IMG/VR virus record: IMGVR_UViG_3300027759_006101
Span: 248,001 to 312,000 of that record
DNA: 64,000 nucleotides
Direction: 5' to 3' (one strand)
Positions 19,901 through 27,563 of the stretch are shown here, piece by piece (the first letter of the stretch is position 1; the number at the start of each line of letters is the position of its first letter). The position numbers were made by a program, and so were the translations under genes. The notes under the pieces were generated by a model. The model saw nothing but the letters and a program-made list of their open reading frames with translations, searched no databases and was not told where the DNA came from.

Positions 19901-22900
19901 TGAAAAGGCAGGGACAGTTCCAGAATAACCAAACGCTAGGTCTTGTTTAGATGCAGTTAAACCGTTTATGTTGGTAATTGCAAAACCAGATACATTAGCC
20001 CACTTGATACCACCTGGAACAGCACTATCTGCAACTAAAATAAAATTATTAGTACCAACAGATAGTTTAGATAATGTTGCACCAGCACCAACTAGTAAAT
20101 CACCAGTACTGTAAGTTTGGAAACCAGTGCCACCGTAGAATGAAGTGATGGTGTTTCCAGCCCAAGAACCAGTGTGAATAGGTGCGTTAAATCTACCTGT
20201 GGATGGGTTGTAATATAAACTGTTATTAGTTGATAAAGCTGTTCCACTAAAGAATGGGATGTTGTAATCAGCATTTACAATTGTATTGTTAGAAGAAACT
20301 GTAAGTGCTAATGTTGCAGTACTAGCTAAACCAGAAGTTATAGCATACCCTGATTGATAGGAGTAACTTGATGTAGCAGCAAATCCTGAGGTAATTGCAT
20401 ACCCGGATTGATAAGCATAATTTGCAGTTGTGGCAAAACCAGACGTTATTCCATATCCAGATTGATATGCATAACCAGCTGTTGTTGCAAATCCTGAAGT
20501 AATCGCATATCCAGCTTGATGTGAATATGTTGCAGTAGTAGCGAATGCAGATGAACCTGACGTTATTGCATATCCAGATTGATATGCATAGCTAGCTGTT
20601 GTAGCAAATCCTGAGGTTATTCCATAACCAGATTGATATGAATAATTAGCGGTTGTAGCAAATCCGGAAGTTATTGCATATCCTGATTGATGTGCATAAT
20701 TTGCTGTAGACGCAAAACTAGCAGTTGTAGCAGTACCTGTAAGGTCACCGATGATAGCGCTTGTAAATGTTTTCTGACCTGCAATTGTTTGAGCAAGTGT
20801 TGATATAAGACCAGTTGCACCAGAGCCTGCTATTGGTATATTGAATGTATGTGTAGATCCAGAAGAAGATATATTAAATCCAGTTCCAGAAGTTCCTGTG
20901 GCAAAATATTGTAATCCTACATTTAAGCCATTTAAGGTTGTTAATCCAGTTGCAGCAGTTGGAGACCAAGTCAAACCTGTTGAAGATAAAGAATTTACAG
21001 TTAAAACATAACTATCAGCACCTACACCTAATTTAATAAATGTATTACCGGCACCAACTAAAATGTCACCTTTAGTATATGAATTATATCCAGTACCACC
21101 GTAGAAAGCTGTTATTGCTGTAGCAGCCCAAACACCAGTAGTAATTGTTTCCACTGCTGTTAATGAAGAATTCGTAACTCCAGTACCCAAAGAAGTAGCT
21201 GAAAGAACTGAAGTCCCGTTTATTCTATAAACATAAGAAGATGATAAATTAGTATCACCTACAACGTGCAACTTGTAAGATGGATTTGAAAGACCAATAC
21301 CAACATTAGCAGCAAATTCTGCCATCGCTATCGTTCCATCAGCGTTTGCACGGATTATTGGAAGACCAGATATATCTCCAACATTGAAAATCCAACCTGA
21401 TGAAAGATTGTTGTTAATCCCAAATAGTTTTCCAGATGTGCCTTCCCAAAGTAATGAATTATCTGAGAGAACGGTAAGTGTAATTGGAGCAGCAGTAGTG
21501 CTACCAATAAACGCCATAGATGGATTTGTAGCGCCAGTATATCCTAGGGCAGCCTGATTGAATGAAAGTTGTCCAGATACACCTAAACCGCCATAAACTG
21601 TCAAAGCCCCAGTATTGAATGCAGTTGACCCAGTCGTTGATGAAATAATTACATCATTAGTGAAAGTCTTAACGCCAGCAAATGATTGAGCTAAAGTTGA
21701 TACTAAACCAGTGGCTCCAGTGCCAGCAATCGGAATATTAAAAGTATGTGTACTTCCAGAAGAAGCAATATTGAATCCAGTTCCAGAAGTTCCAGTTGAG
21801 AAGAATTGAGCAGAAGCAGTAAGGCCATTTACCGAAGTAATTGAAAGGCCTGCGATATTATTCCACTTAACTCCACTTGCTGTTGTAGCATCAGCGACTA
21901 GTACAAAATTATCTGCACCTACATTTACCTTAATGAATGTAGATCCAGCTCCAACTAAAATATCACCCTTAGTGTAAGAATTATAACCAGTACCACCATA
22001 TAATCCGGTTATTAATGTACCAGCCCAAACACCAGTACTTATTGTTCCTACTGCTGTTAATGAAGAGTTAGTAACCCCTGTGCCTAAGGATGTTGCTGAT
22101 AATACACTGTTTCCACCAATGCTGTATGCTTGACCTGACAGTATATTGACGGATGTTGCACCAAAAGCTCCTGAAGTAGCATTGAAAGTAAAGAAGTTGT
22201 TTACAGATGCGCCAATACCTGAAGCTGAAGACGCAGTATTGGAAAGTACTGGATAGAATAGTCCAGAAACAGCACTTGAAATGTTAAAGTTTGCTGCAGT
22301 TGTTGCAAATGCTGAGGTGTTAGAACTTCCAGAAGTAATTGCATATCCGGACTGATGCGAATAGTTTGCTGTTGTTGCTAATCCAGAAGTTAACCCATAT
22401 CCAGATTGGTATGAATATGTTGCTGTAGATGCAAAACCAGATGTAATAGCATATCCAGATTGATGAGAATATGTAGCAGTTGTAGCTAATGCAGCAGAAC
22501 CAGAGGTAATTGCGTATCCAGATTGATGAGAATAAGCAGAAGTTGTCGCAAGCCCTGAAGTGATGGCGTATCCTGACTGATACGCATATGTGGCAGTTGA
22601 AGCAAATCCAACTGATAAAGTATTAGGATTTACATAAGTTGGAGTTGCCCCTGAACCAGCAGAGACTAGTACAAATCCTGAGTTTGAACTTGCAGCTAAT
22701 CTTCCCCAAGTTGTTGAGGTATTAGCATAAAGAATATCACCAACAGTAAATGCAGGTACTAAACCAGTTCCGCCATATAACGCAGTAATGGCAGTAGCTG
22801 ACCAAGTTCCTGAAGTAATAATTCCAGCAGTTTGTATTGAAGAAAATATTACTCCAGTTCCTAATGCGTTGCTTGAAAGAACATTAGTTCCATTTATCTT

Positions 22901-25099
22901 AAAAGTATTGCCAGATGCTAAATTCAAAGATTCAGAGGATGACCAACCTACGCCCGAGTACCAGTTTATGGATTTGTTAGTAGCTCCACGTAAAGTTATT
23001 CCGCCACCTTCGGCAGTTAAATCTGTCGGAGTTGCTACAACGCCTAACTCAATATTTTTATCTGCAACAGTGATAGTTGTAGAATTTATAGTAGTGAATG
23101 TACCTTGGATATTAAGGTCGCCTTGGACGTTAAGTGTTCCTCCAATACCAACTCCACCAGTTACAGTTAAGGCTCCAGAGGTATATGACCCAGAACCAGT
23201 ACTATCTGTTATTGAAACAGCATTTGTGAAAGTTTTTATTCCAGCAAAAGATTGTGCTTGAGTTGAAACTAAACCAGTAGATCCTGTCCCTGCTATTGGT
23301 ATGTTTAATGTGTGAGTGGACCCAGAAGATGAAAAGGCTGGTACAGTTCCGGTATATCCAAATGCTAAATATTGGATTCCTGTATTTAAACCGTTAAGCG
23401 TAGTTAATCCAGTTGCAGCAGTGGGTGACCAAGTTATTCCTGTAGATGATACTGATGATGCTGTTAAGACGTAATTGTCAGTACCGACATTTAACTTGAT
23501 AAATGTATTGCCAGCTCCGACTAAAATATCGCCTTTAGTGTATGTATTGTATCCAGTGCCACCGTAAAAAGCTGTGATAGTGCTGCCTGACCAAGATGCA
23601 CTAGTTATTACACCATTATTAACTACAACACCAGACAGACTTGACGGAAGTGAAGAGGATAAGAATAAACTTCCACCAATTCCAACACCACCAGAGACTA
23701 TCAACGCACCTGTAGAAGAAGATGTTGAATCTGTAGCGGCTGTTATTGCTAATCCAGATGTAGATAAAATGAATGTAGAGGGATTAAAAGAAATAGTTGT
23801 ATTGGAAGATACAGCTACTCCAGAGCCACTAGCCGTTGATCCGAATATTAATGGATGAGCTAAATTACTAGTAGCATTTACAACATTTATATTAGCTGAT
23901 GTGGTAGCAAATCCAGCTGTAAGTCCATACCCAGATTGATGAGAATAGGAAGCGGTAGTTGCAAAACCTGCAGTAATCCCATAACCTGATTGATGGGCAT
24001 AACCGGCAGTAGTTGCAAATCCTGAAGTTATTCCGTATCCTGATTCATAAGAATATGAAGCTGTTGTTGCAAATCCAGCTGTAATACCATAACCAGACTG
24101 ATGAGCATAAGAAGCAGTAGTTGCAAAACCTGAAGTATTAGAACTTCCAGAAGTAATTGCATATCCTGCTTGATGTGAATAACCTGATGTAGTTGCAAAA
24201 CCTGAGGTAATCCCATAACCAGATTGATAAGCATAATTAGCAGTATTAGCAAATCCTGAAGTTATTCCATATCCTGATTCATAAGAATATGAAGCTGTTG
24301 TTGCAAATCCTGATGTTATTCCGTAGCCAGATTGATATGCATAATTAGCTGTGGTTGCAAATCCTGAAGTAATTGCATACCCTGCTTGATAAGCATAACC
24401 AGCAGTAGTAGCAAATCCTGAAGTGTTGGAACTTCCTGAAGTAATTGCATATCCTGCTTGATGAGAATATGCTGCTGTAGTAGCAAATCCAGCTGTGATA
24501 CCATAACCGGACTGATGAGCATAAGAAGCAGTTGTTGCGAATCCAGAAGTGATTGCATACCCAGACTGATGGGCATATGAAGCTGTTAAAGCAAATCCAG
24601 CGGTTGTTGCCGTCCCTGTAAGATCTCCAATTATTGCAGATGTAAAGGTTTTTTGTCCAGCAAATGTTTGGTTTGATGTAGAAACTAAACCAGTTGCTCC
24701 AGCTCCTGCAATTGGAATATTGAATGTATGTGTTTCACCAAAAGAAGAAATATTTGGAAAATCGCCAGAGTAACCAAATGAAAAATATTGGCTTGTAGCA
24801 GTTAATGAATTAAGAGTCGTTATTCCAGTTGCTGCAGTTGATCTCCAGGTTATTCCAAAAGCTGCTGTACTATCAGCTGTAAGAACTAAACTATTAGAGC
24901 CAACAGGAAGGGGATATAATGAAGTTCCAGCACCAACTAAAATATCACCAAGATTATAAGAAGTATTACCAGTTCCTCCACCTTGAACATTTAAGATATA
25001 AAATGTTTTCCAGCTAGTGCCGTCAAATCTCCAAGATTTTCCATTTGCTGAATAAATCTGATTTGTTGATGGTGATGGGGGGAAATTAAGTGCTGCCAT
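16931..25099 (-). CDS. giant mosaic fibre protein (2722 aa)
   Basis: six THT[FL]N[IV]PIAG modules, four blocks of SGFATT/ASYAHQ/SGYAIT repeats, two DKNIELG modules; C-terminal FRTAK..Q..EILMVHD..TEY domain of the kind seen in myovirus structural proteins. Confidence 0.8.
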   Translation of the reverse strand: MAALNFPPSPSTNQIYSANGKSWRFDGTSWKTFYILNVQGGGTGNTSYNLGDILVGAGTSLYPLPVGSNSLVLTADSTAAFGITWRSTAATGITTLNSLTATSQYFSFGYSGDFPNISSFGETHTFNIPIAGAGATGLVSTSNQTFAGQKTFTSAIIGDLTGTATTAGFALTASYAHQSGYAITSGFATTASYAHQSGYGITAGFATTAAYSHQAGYAITSGSSNTSGFATTAGYAYQAGYAITSGFATTANYAYQSGYGITSGFATTASYSYESGYGITSGFANTANYAYQSGYGITSGFATTSGYSHQAGYAITSGSSNTSGFATTASYAHQSGYGITAGFATTASYSYESGYGITSGFATTAGYAHQSGYGITAGFATTASYSHQSGYGLTAGFATTSANINVVNATSNLAHPLIFGSTASGSGVAVSSNTTISFNPSTFILSTSGLAITAATDSTSSSTGALIVSGGVGIGGSLFLSSSLPSSLSGVVVNNGVITSASWSGSTITAFYGGTGYNTYTKGDILVGAGNTFIKLNVGTDNYVLTASSVSSTGITWSPTAATGLTTLNGLNTGIQYLAFGYTGTVPAFSSSGSTHTLNIPIAGTGSTGLVSTQAQSFAGIKTFTNAVSITDSTGSGSYTSGALTVTGGVGIGGTLNVQGDLNIQGTFTTINSTTITVADKNIELGVVATPTDLTAEGGGITLRGATNKSINWYSGVGWSSSESLNLASGNTFKINGTNVLSSNALGTGVIFSSIQTAGIITSGTWSATAITALYGGTGLVPAFTVGDILYANTSTTWGRLAASSNSGFVLVSAGSGATPTYVNPNTLSVGFASTATYAYQSGYAITSGLATTSAYSHQSGYAITSGSAALATTATYSHQSGYAITSGFASTATYSYQSGYGLTSGLATTANYSHQSGYAITSGSSNTSAFATTAANFNISSAVSGLFYPVLSNTASSASGIGASVNNFFTFNATSGAFGATSVNILSGQAYSIGGNSVLSATSLGTGVTNSSLTAVGTISTGVWAGTLITGLYGGTGYNSYTKGDILVGAGSTFIKVNVGADNFVLVADATTASGVKWNNIAGLSITSVNGLTASAQFFSTGTSGTGFNIASSGSTHTFNIPIAGTGATGLVSTLAQSFAGVKTFTNDVIISSTTGSTAFNTGALTVYGGLGVSGQLSFNQAALGYTGATNPSMAFIGSTTAAPITLTVLSDNSLLWEGTSGKLFGINNNLSSGWIFNVGDISGLPIIRANADGTIAMAEFAANVGIGLSNPSYKLHVVGDTNLSSSYVYRINGTSVLSATSLGTGVTNSSLTAVETITTGVWAATAITAFYGGTGYNSYTKGDILVGAGNTFIKLGVGADSYVLTVNSLSSTGLTWSPTAATGLTTLNGLNVGLQYFATGTSGTGFNISSSGSTHTFNIPIAGSGATGLISTLAQTIAGQKTFTSAIIGDLTGTATTASFASTANYAHQSGYAITSGFATTANYSYQSGYGITSGFATTASYAYQSGYAITSGSSAFATTATYSHQAGYAITSGFATTAGYAYQSGYGITSGFATTANYAYQSGYAITSGFAATSSYSYQSGYAITSGLASTATLALTVSSNNTIVNADYNIPFFSGTALSTNNSLYYNPSTGRFNAPIHTGSWAGNTITSFYGGTGFQTYSTGDLLVGAGATLSKLSVGTNNFILVADSAVPGGIKWANVSGFAITNINGLTASKQDLAFGYSGTVPAFSSSGSTHTLNIPIAGTGATGLVSTQAQSFAGIKTFTNAVSITDSTGSGSYTTGALVVTGGVGVGGTLNVQGDLNVQGTFTTINSTTITVADKNIELGVVASPSDLTAQGGGITLRGATDKSINWYSGVGWSSSESFNLASGNTFKINGTNVISSSSLGTGVTNSSLTAVGTITTGVWSATAVTALYGGTGLVPSFTVGDILYANTTSTWGRLTADSNSGYVLVSAGSGATPTYVAPSTLSVGFASTSSYSYQSGYAITAGLATTAAYSHQAGYAITSGLATTATYAHQSGYGITAGLATTATYAHQSGYAITSGFATTATNINVVSATTNTNHRVLFTPASGTASGAAVSTENTFVYNPFTDILSVSGLAVTGSTVSTSSTTGALVVTGGVGIGGTVYTATDLNVGNSAIGRLYFSQATLGSAGTTVIPSMAFIGTTNSPITLSVLADNSLSFDGSSGQLFSINNNLSSGWIFAVNDISGLPLLRANADGTVAMGEFAGNVGIGLSNPSYKLHVAGDTNLSSGYVYRINGTQVLSSTSLGTGVTNSSLTAVGTITTGTWSATAITAFYGGTGYNLYTVGDLLVGAGSTLYKLPIGTNNFVLTADNTAPGGVKWSVAASTGVTTINALTSSIQYFATGTSGSGFNISSSGSTHTFNVPIAGTGATGLVSTLAQSFAGVKTFTNDTVISSNTVSTSTSTGAFTVTGGVGIGGSLFTGTSTADSISGVVLNNGVITSGSWAGTLITSLYGGTGYNSYTKGDLLVGSGSTFIKLPVGINSYVLGADSSKPSGVGWTTVTPLTVSDTPPASPKNADLWFNSLDGGLLVYYNDVDTAQWVEIALGSGIDLSQPIHITNTTPSTSTSTGALIVDGGVGVAGTVYASSFSINGVYDQISSTLVTSATTANQVALSIDASSFRTAKMVVQVTSGSNYHSQEILMVHDDSQVFMTEYAMVNTGAIGSTFDGDISGGNMRFLVTPTNAVTTYKIACSVMRI
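23900..24610 (-). repeat. coding 54-bp (18-aa) tandem repeat block; related blocks near 22290-22610, 20310-20735 and 18945-19180
   Basis: SGFATTASYAHQSGYAIT-type units with occasional 6-aa SGSSNT inserts. Confidence 0.9.
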
Positions 25100-25132
25100 T
25101 AGTTATCCGAATTTTTGGAGGTGCTTATTAAA

Positions 25133-25163
25133 TATTCTGCGTAGTTCATATATTTTATTTCTT
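25133..25163 (-). promoter_or_regulatory. putative promoter AAGAAATA-N15-GCAGAATA
   Basis: matches 8986-9016 in both boxes and spacing. Confidence 0.5.
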
Positions 25164-27562
25164 CAAGAGTAAGCTAAATCTAAATCGCAAAGGTAATTTG
25201 TTCCATCATAATAAATTTTTATCATATCTATGGCATTTGAAGATGTAGATAAAGTTTTATTACCACCTTTGAATTTTAGAGATGCATTTGGTGTTAAAGT
25301 GTGATTTCCGGAAGCATTTTGTCTAACAATTAATTTTAGGGAAGAGCCAGATTGCATATTTATTGGTACATTCAAAGAAAGCCCACCATTTAAAATTATT
25401 TTTTGTATACTTCCATCATTCCAATTAGGTGTAATAGAACCAGAAGATGTACCATAATCATATACAGTTTCTAGATATCCATAACTTGCTAAAAAGTAAG
25501 AAGCTGATATTACTGTAGTTGAACCAGCAGACCCCTGTGAAGGTCCATTGCCAATTTCAACCCATTGTGAAGTACTGTCAACATCTACAAAATAAACACT
25601 TAAAGAACCATCTATAGAGTTCCACCAAAGGTCACCAGTTATAGCAGGTAATGGAGCAGTTTCAGAAACATTGACATTAGAAACATAAGTCCAGCCCAAT
25701 CCACTTGCAAAAGCAGAATTGGCTTGCAAAATATAGCCATTTGATCCTGATGGCAAATTAATTATTGATGTTCCAGCACCTACTAGCAAATCACCAAGGC
25801 TATAAGAAGTTTTTCCAGTACCACCATAAATACTTAGTAATGGTTCATTTGGTAAAGAAAGGCTTCCATAAATTGTAACGCCATTTCCTGAAATTAAACC
25901 ATTTTGAAATGTTTTTACACCACCAAAGGTTTGAGCAAATCCTGAAACTAGACCTGTAATTCCAACTCCAGCAACTGGAATATTGAATGTATGTCCATTA
26001 CCAGCTGAAGAGATATTGAATGTATTTCCATTAAATCCAGCATACAAAAATTGAGAAGAAGCGCCAAGACCATTTATTTGAGTGATTCCAATTCCAATAT
26101 TGTTGGGAGGATCCACGCCACCAAATGCACTGTTGATTTCAACCCATTGTGAGGTATCTACATCAACATAATAAATATTTAATGCGCCGTTTTCAGAATT
26201 GTACCAAAGGTCTCCAGCACTTGAAGAATATGGGGGCGGATACTCACTTATATAAACCGAGGTACCAACACCAGTGCCACCACCGCCAGAGTTAGCTATC
26301 CATCTTAAACCAGAAGGAGTACTATTATCTGCAGCTAGTATAAAGTTGTCTGACCCAACTGAAAGCTTTACAAATGTGTTGCCAGAACCAACTAAAATAT
26401 CACCTTTAGTATATGAATTGTATCCTGTACCACCATAAAAACCTGTAATTAAACTACCAGCCCAGGATCCAGATGTTATTACTCCGTTATTTGCAACGAT
26501 ACCAGAAATACTAGATGGAAGTGAGCTGGTAACAAATAAACTTCCACCTATGCCTACTCCACCTAAAACAACTAAAGCGCCAGTAGAGGTTGAAGTGGAA
26601 ACTGTGCTTGAGGAAAATATGGTATCGCTAGTAAAAGTTTTTGAACCATCAATAGTTTGTGCTATTCCGGTAATTAAACCAGTAATGCCAATACCAGCAA
26701 TAGGTATATTAAATGTATGAGTTGAGCCAGAAGAAGATATGTTAAATCCAACGCCAGAAATTCCTGTTGCAAAATATTGCTGACTGGAAGTTAAGTTATT
26801 GAGCGAAGAAATTCCCGAACCGCCACCGCCTGTATTAGGGATCCAACTCAATCCAGAAGAAGTGGATGAATCAACAGAAAGAATATAACTATTGGTGCCT
26901 ACAGGAAATGGAATAATTGTGGAACCAGCACCAACAATTAAGTCTCCTAAATTATAAGAAGTAAAGCCTAAACCACCACTTGATGCTGGAATAATGCCTT
27001 TTGGACCAATATATCTCCATCCGACAATCTTGAATGGGCCGCTTGTTGAAATTAGTGTGCTGATACTTGTAGTATCATTATTGAAAACTAAAATTCCAGT
27101 TTGATAATCAAAAAGCCAGTTTGAGTTATCAGATTTTGTAATTAGATTATTATTTCTGTCAAAAACTTTGATTTCATAACCAGCGCCAGGAACTGTACCA
27201 AAAGCATCATACTTATCAGAAACCCAATCGCCTAATCTTTGAGCTTCTGAAGCTTGTGTCCCATCATTAGCTGCAGTTGTATTTGCCCACCCTGATGTCG
27301 CAAACCAAGTTAGATTTCCAGGAACAGATGTATCAACAGCAAGAGTTTGCCCAAATGCCGCTGTAGGTCCGTAATAAAATAAATTTTCAGAAACTCCATA
27401 ACCAGCATATCCAGTGCCGGGTATTAGTCCCGTTTTGATGTCTGGTAAATAAAGCTCAAGTGTTGATGCGCCTTTTTCTTCTGGCAGGCCTTTACCAACG
27501 CTAGTGGTAACTCTTTTATTACTTAGCTTCTTAAAACTTGTATCTGTTTGTGTCCAGGGCAT
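25163..27562 (-). CDS. mosaic virion fibre/structural protein (799 aa)
   Basis: N-terminal WLFDYQTGIL domain, two THTFNIP-type modules, two GDLWxNSxxGxL..QWVEI modules, globular C-terminus related to that of 13782-16928. Confidence 0.75.
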   Translation of the reverse strand: MPWTQTDTSFKKLSNKRVTTSVGKGLPEEKGASTLELYLPDIKTGLIPGTGYAGYGVSENLFYYGPTAAFGQTLAVDTSVPGNLTWFATSGWANTTAANDGTQASEAQRLGDWVSDKYDAFGTVPGAGYEIKVFDRNNNLITKSDNSNWLFDYQTGILVFNNDTTSISTLISTSGPFKIVGWRYIGPKGIIPASSGGLGFTSYNLGDLIVGAGSTIIPFPVGTNSYILSVDSSTSSGLSWIPNTGGGGSGISSLNNLTSSQQYFATGISGVGFNISSSGSTHTFNIPIAGIGITGLITGIAQTIDGSKTFTSDTIFSSSTVSTSTSTGALVVLGGVGIGGSLFVTSSLPSSISGIVANNGVITSGSWAGSLITGFYGGTGYNSYTKGDILVGSGNTFVKLSVGSDNFILAADNSTPSGLRWIANSGGGGTGVGTSVYISEYPPPYSSSAGDLWYNSENGALNIYYVDVDTSQWVEINSAFGGVDPPNNIGIGITQINGLGASSQFLYAGFNGNTFNISSAGNGHTFNIPVAGVGITGLVSGFAQTFGGVKTFQNGLISGNGVTIYGSLSLPNEPLLSIYGGTGKTSYSLGDLLVGAGTSIINLPSGSNGYILQANSAFASGLGWTYVSNVNVSETAPLPAITGDLWWNSIDGSLSVYFVDVDSTSQWVEIGNGPSQGSAGSTTVISASYFLASYGYLETVYDYGTSSGSITPNWNDGSIQKIILNGGLSLNVPINMQSGSSLKLIVRQNASGNHTLTPNASLKFKGGNKTLSTSSNAIDMIKIYYDGTNYLCDLDLAYS

Positions 27563-27563
27563 A

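Noticed and set aside
18945-24610. Ice-nucleation-protein-like repeat (GYG..T)
   Set aside because: Period is 6/18, not the 8/16/48 of InaZ-type proteins, and the regular TxT ladder is absent
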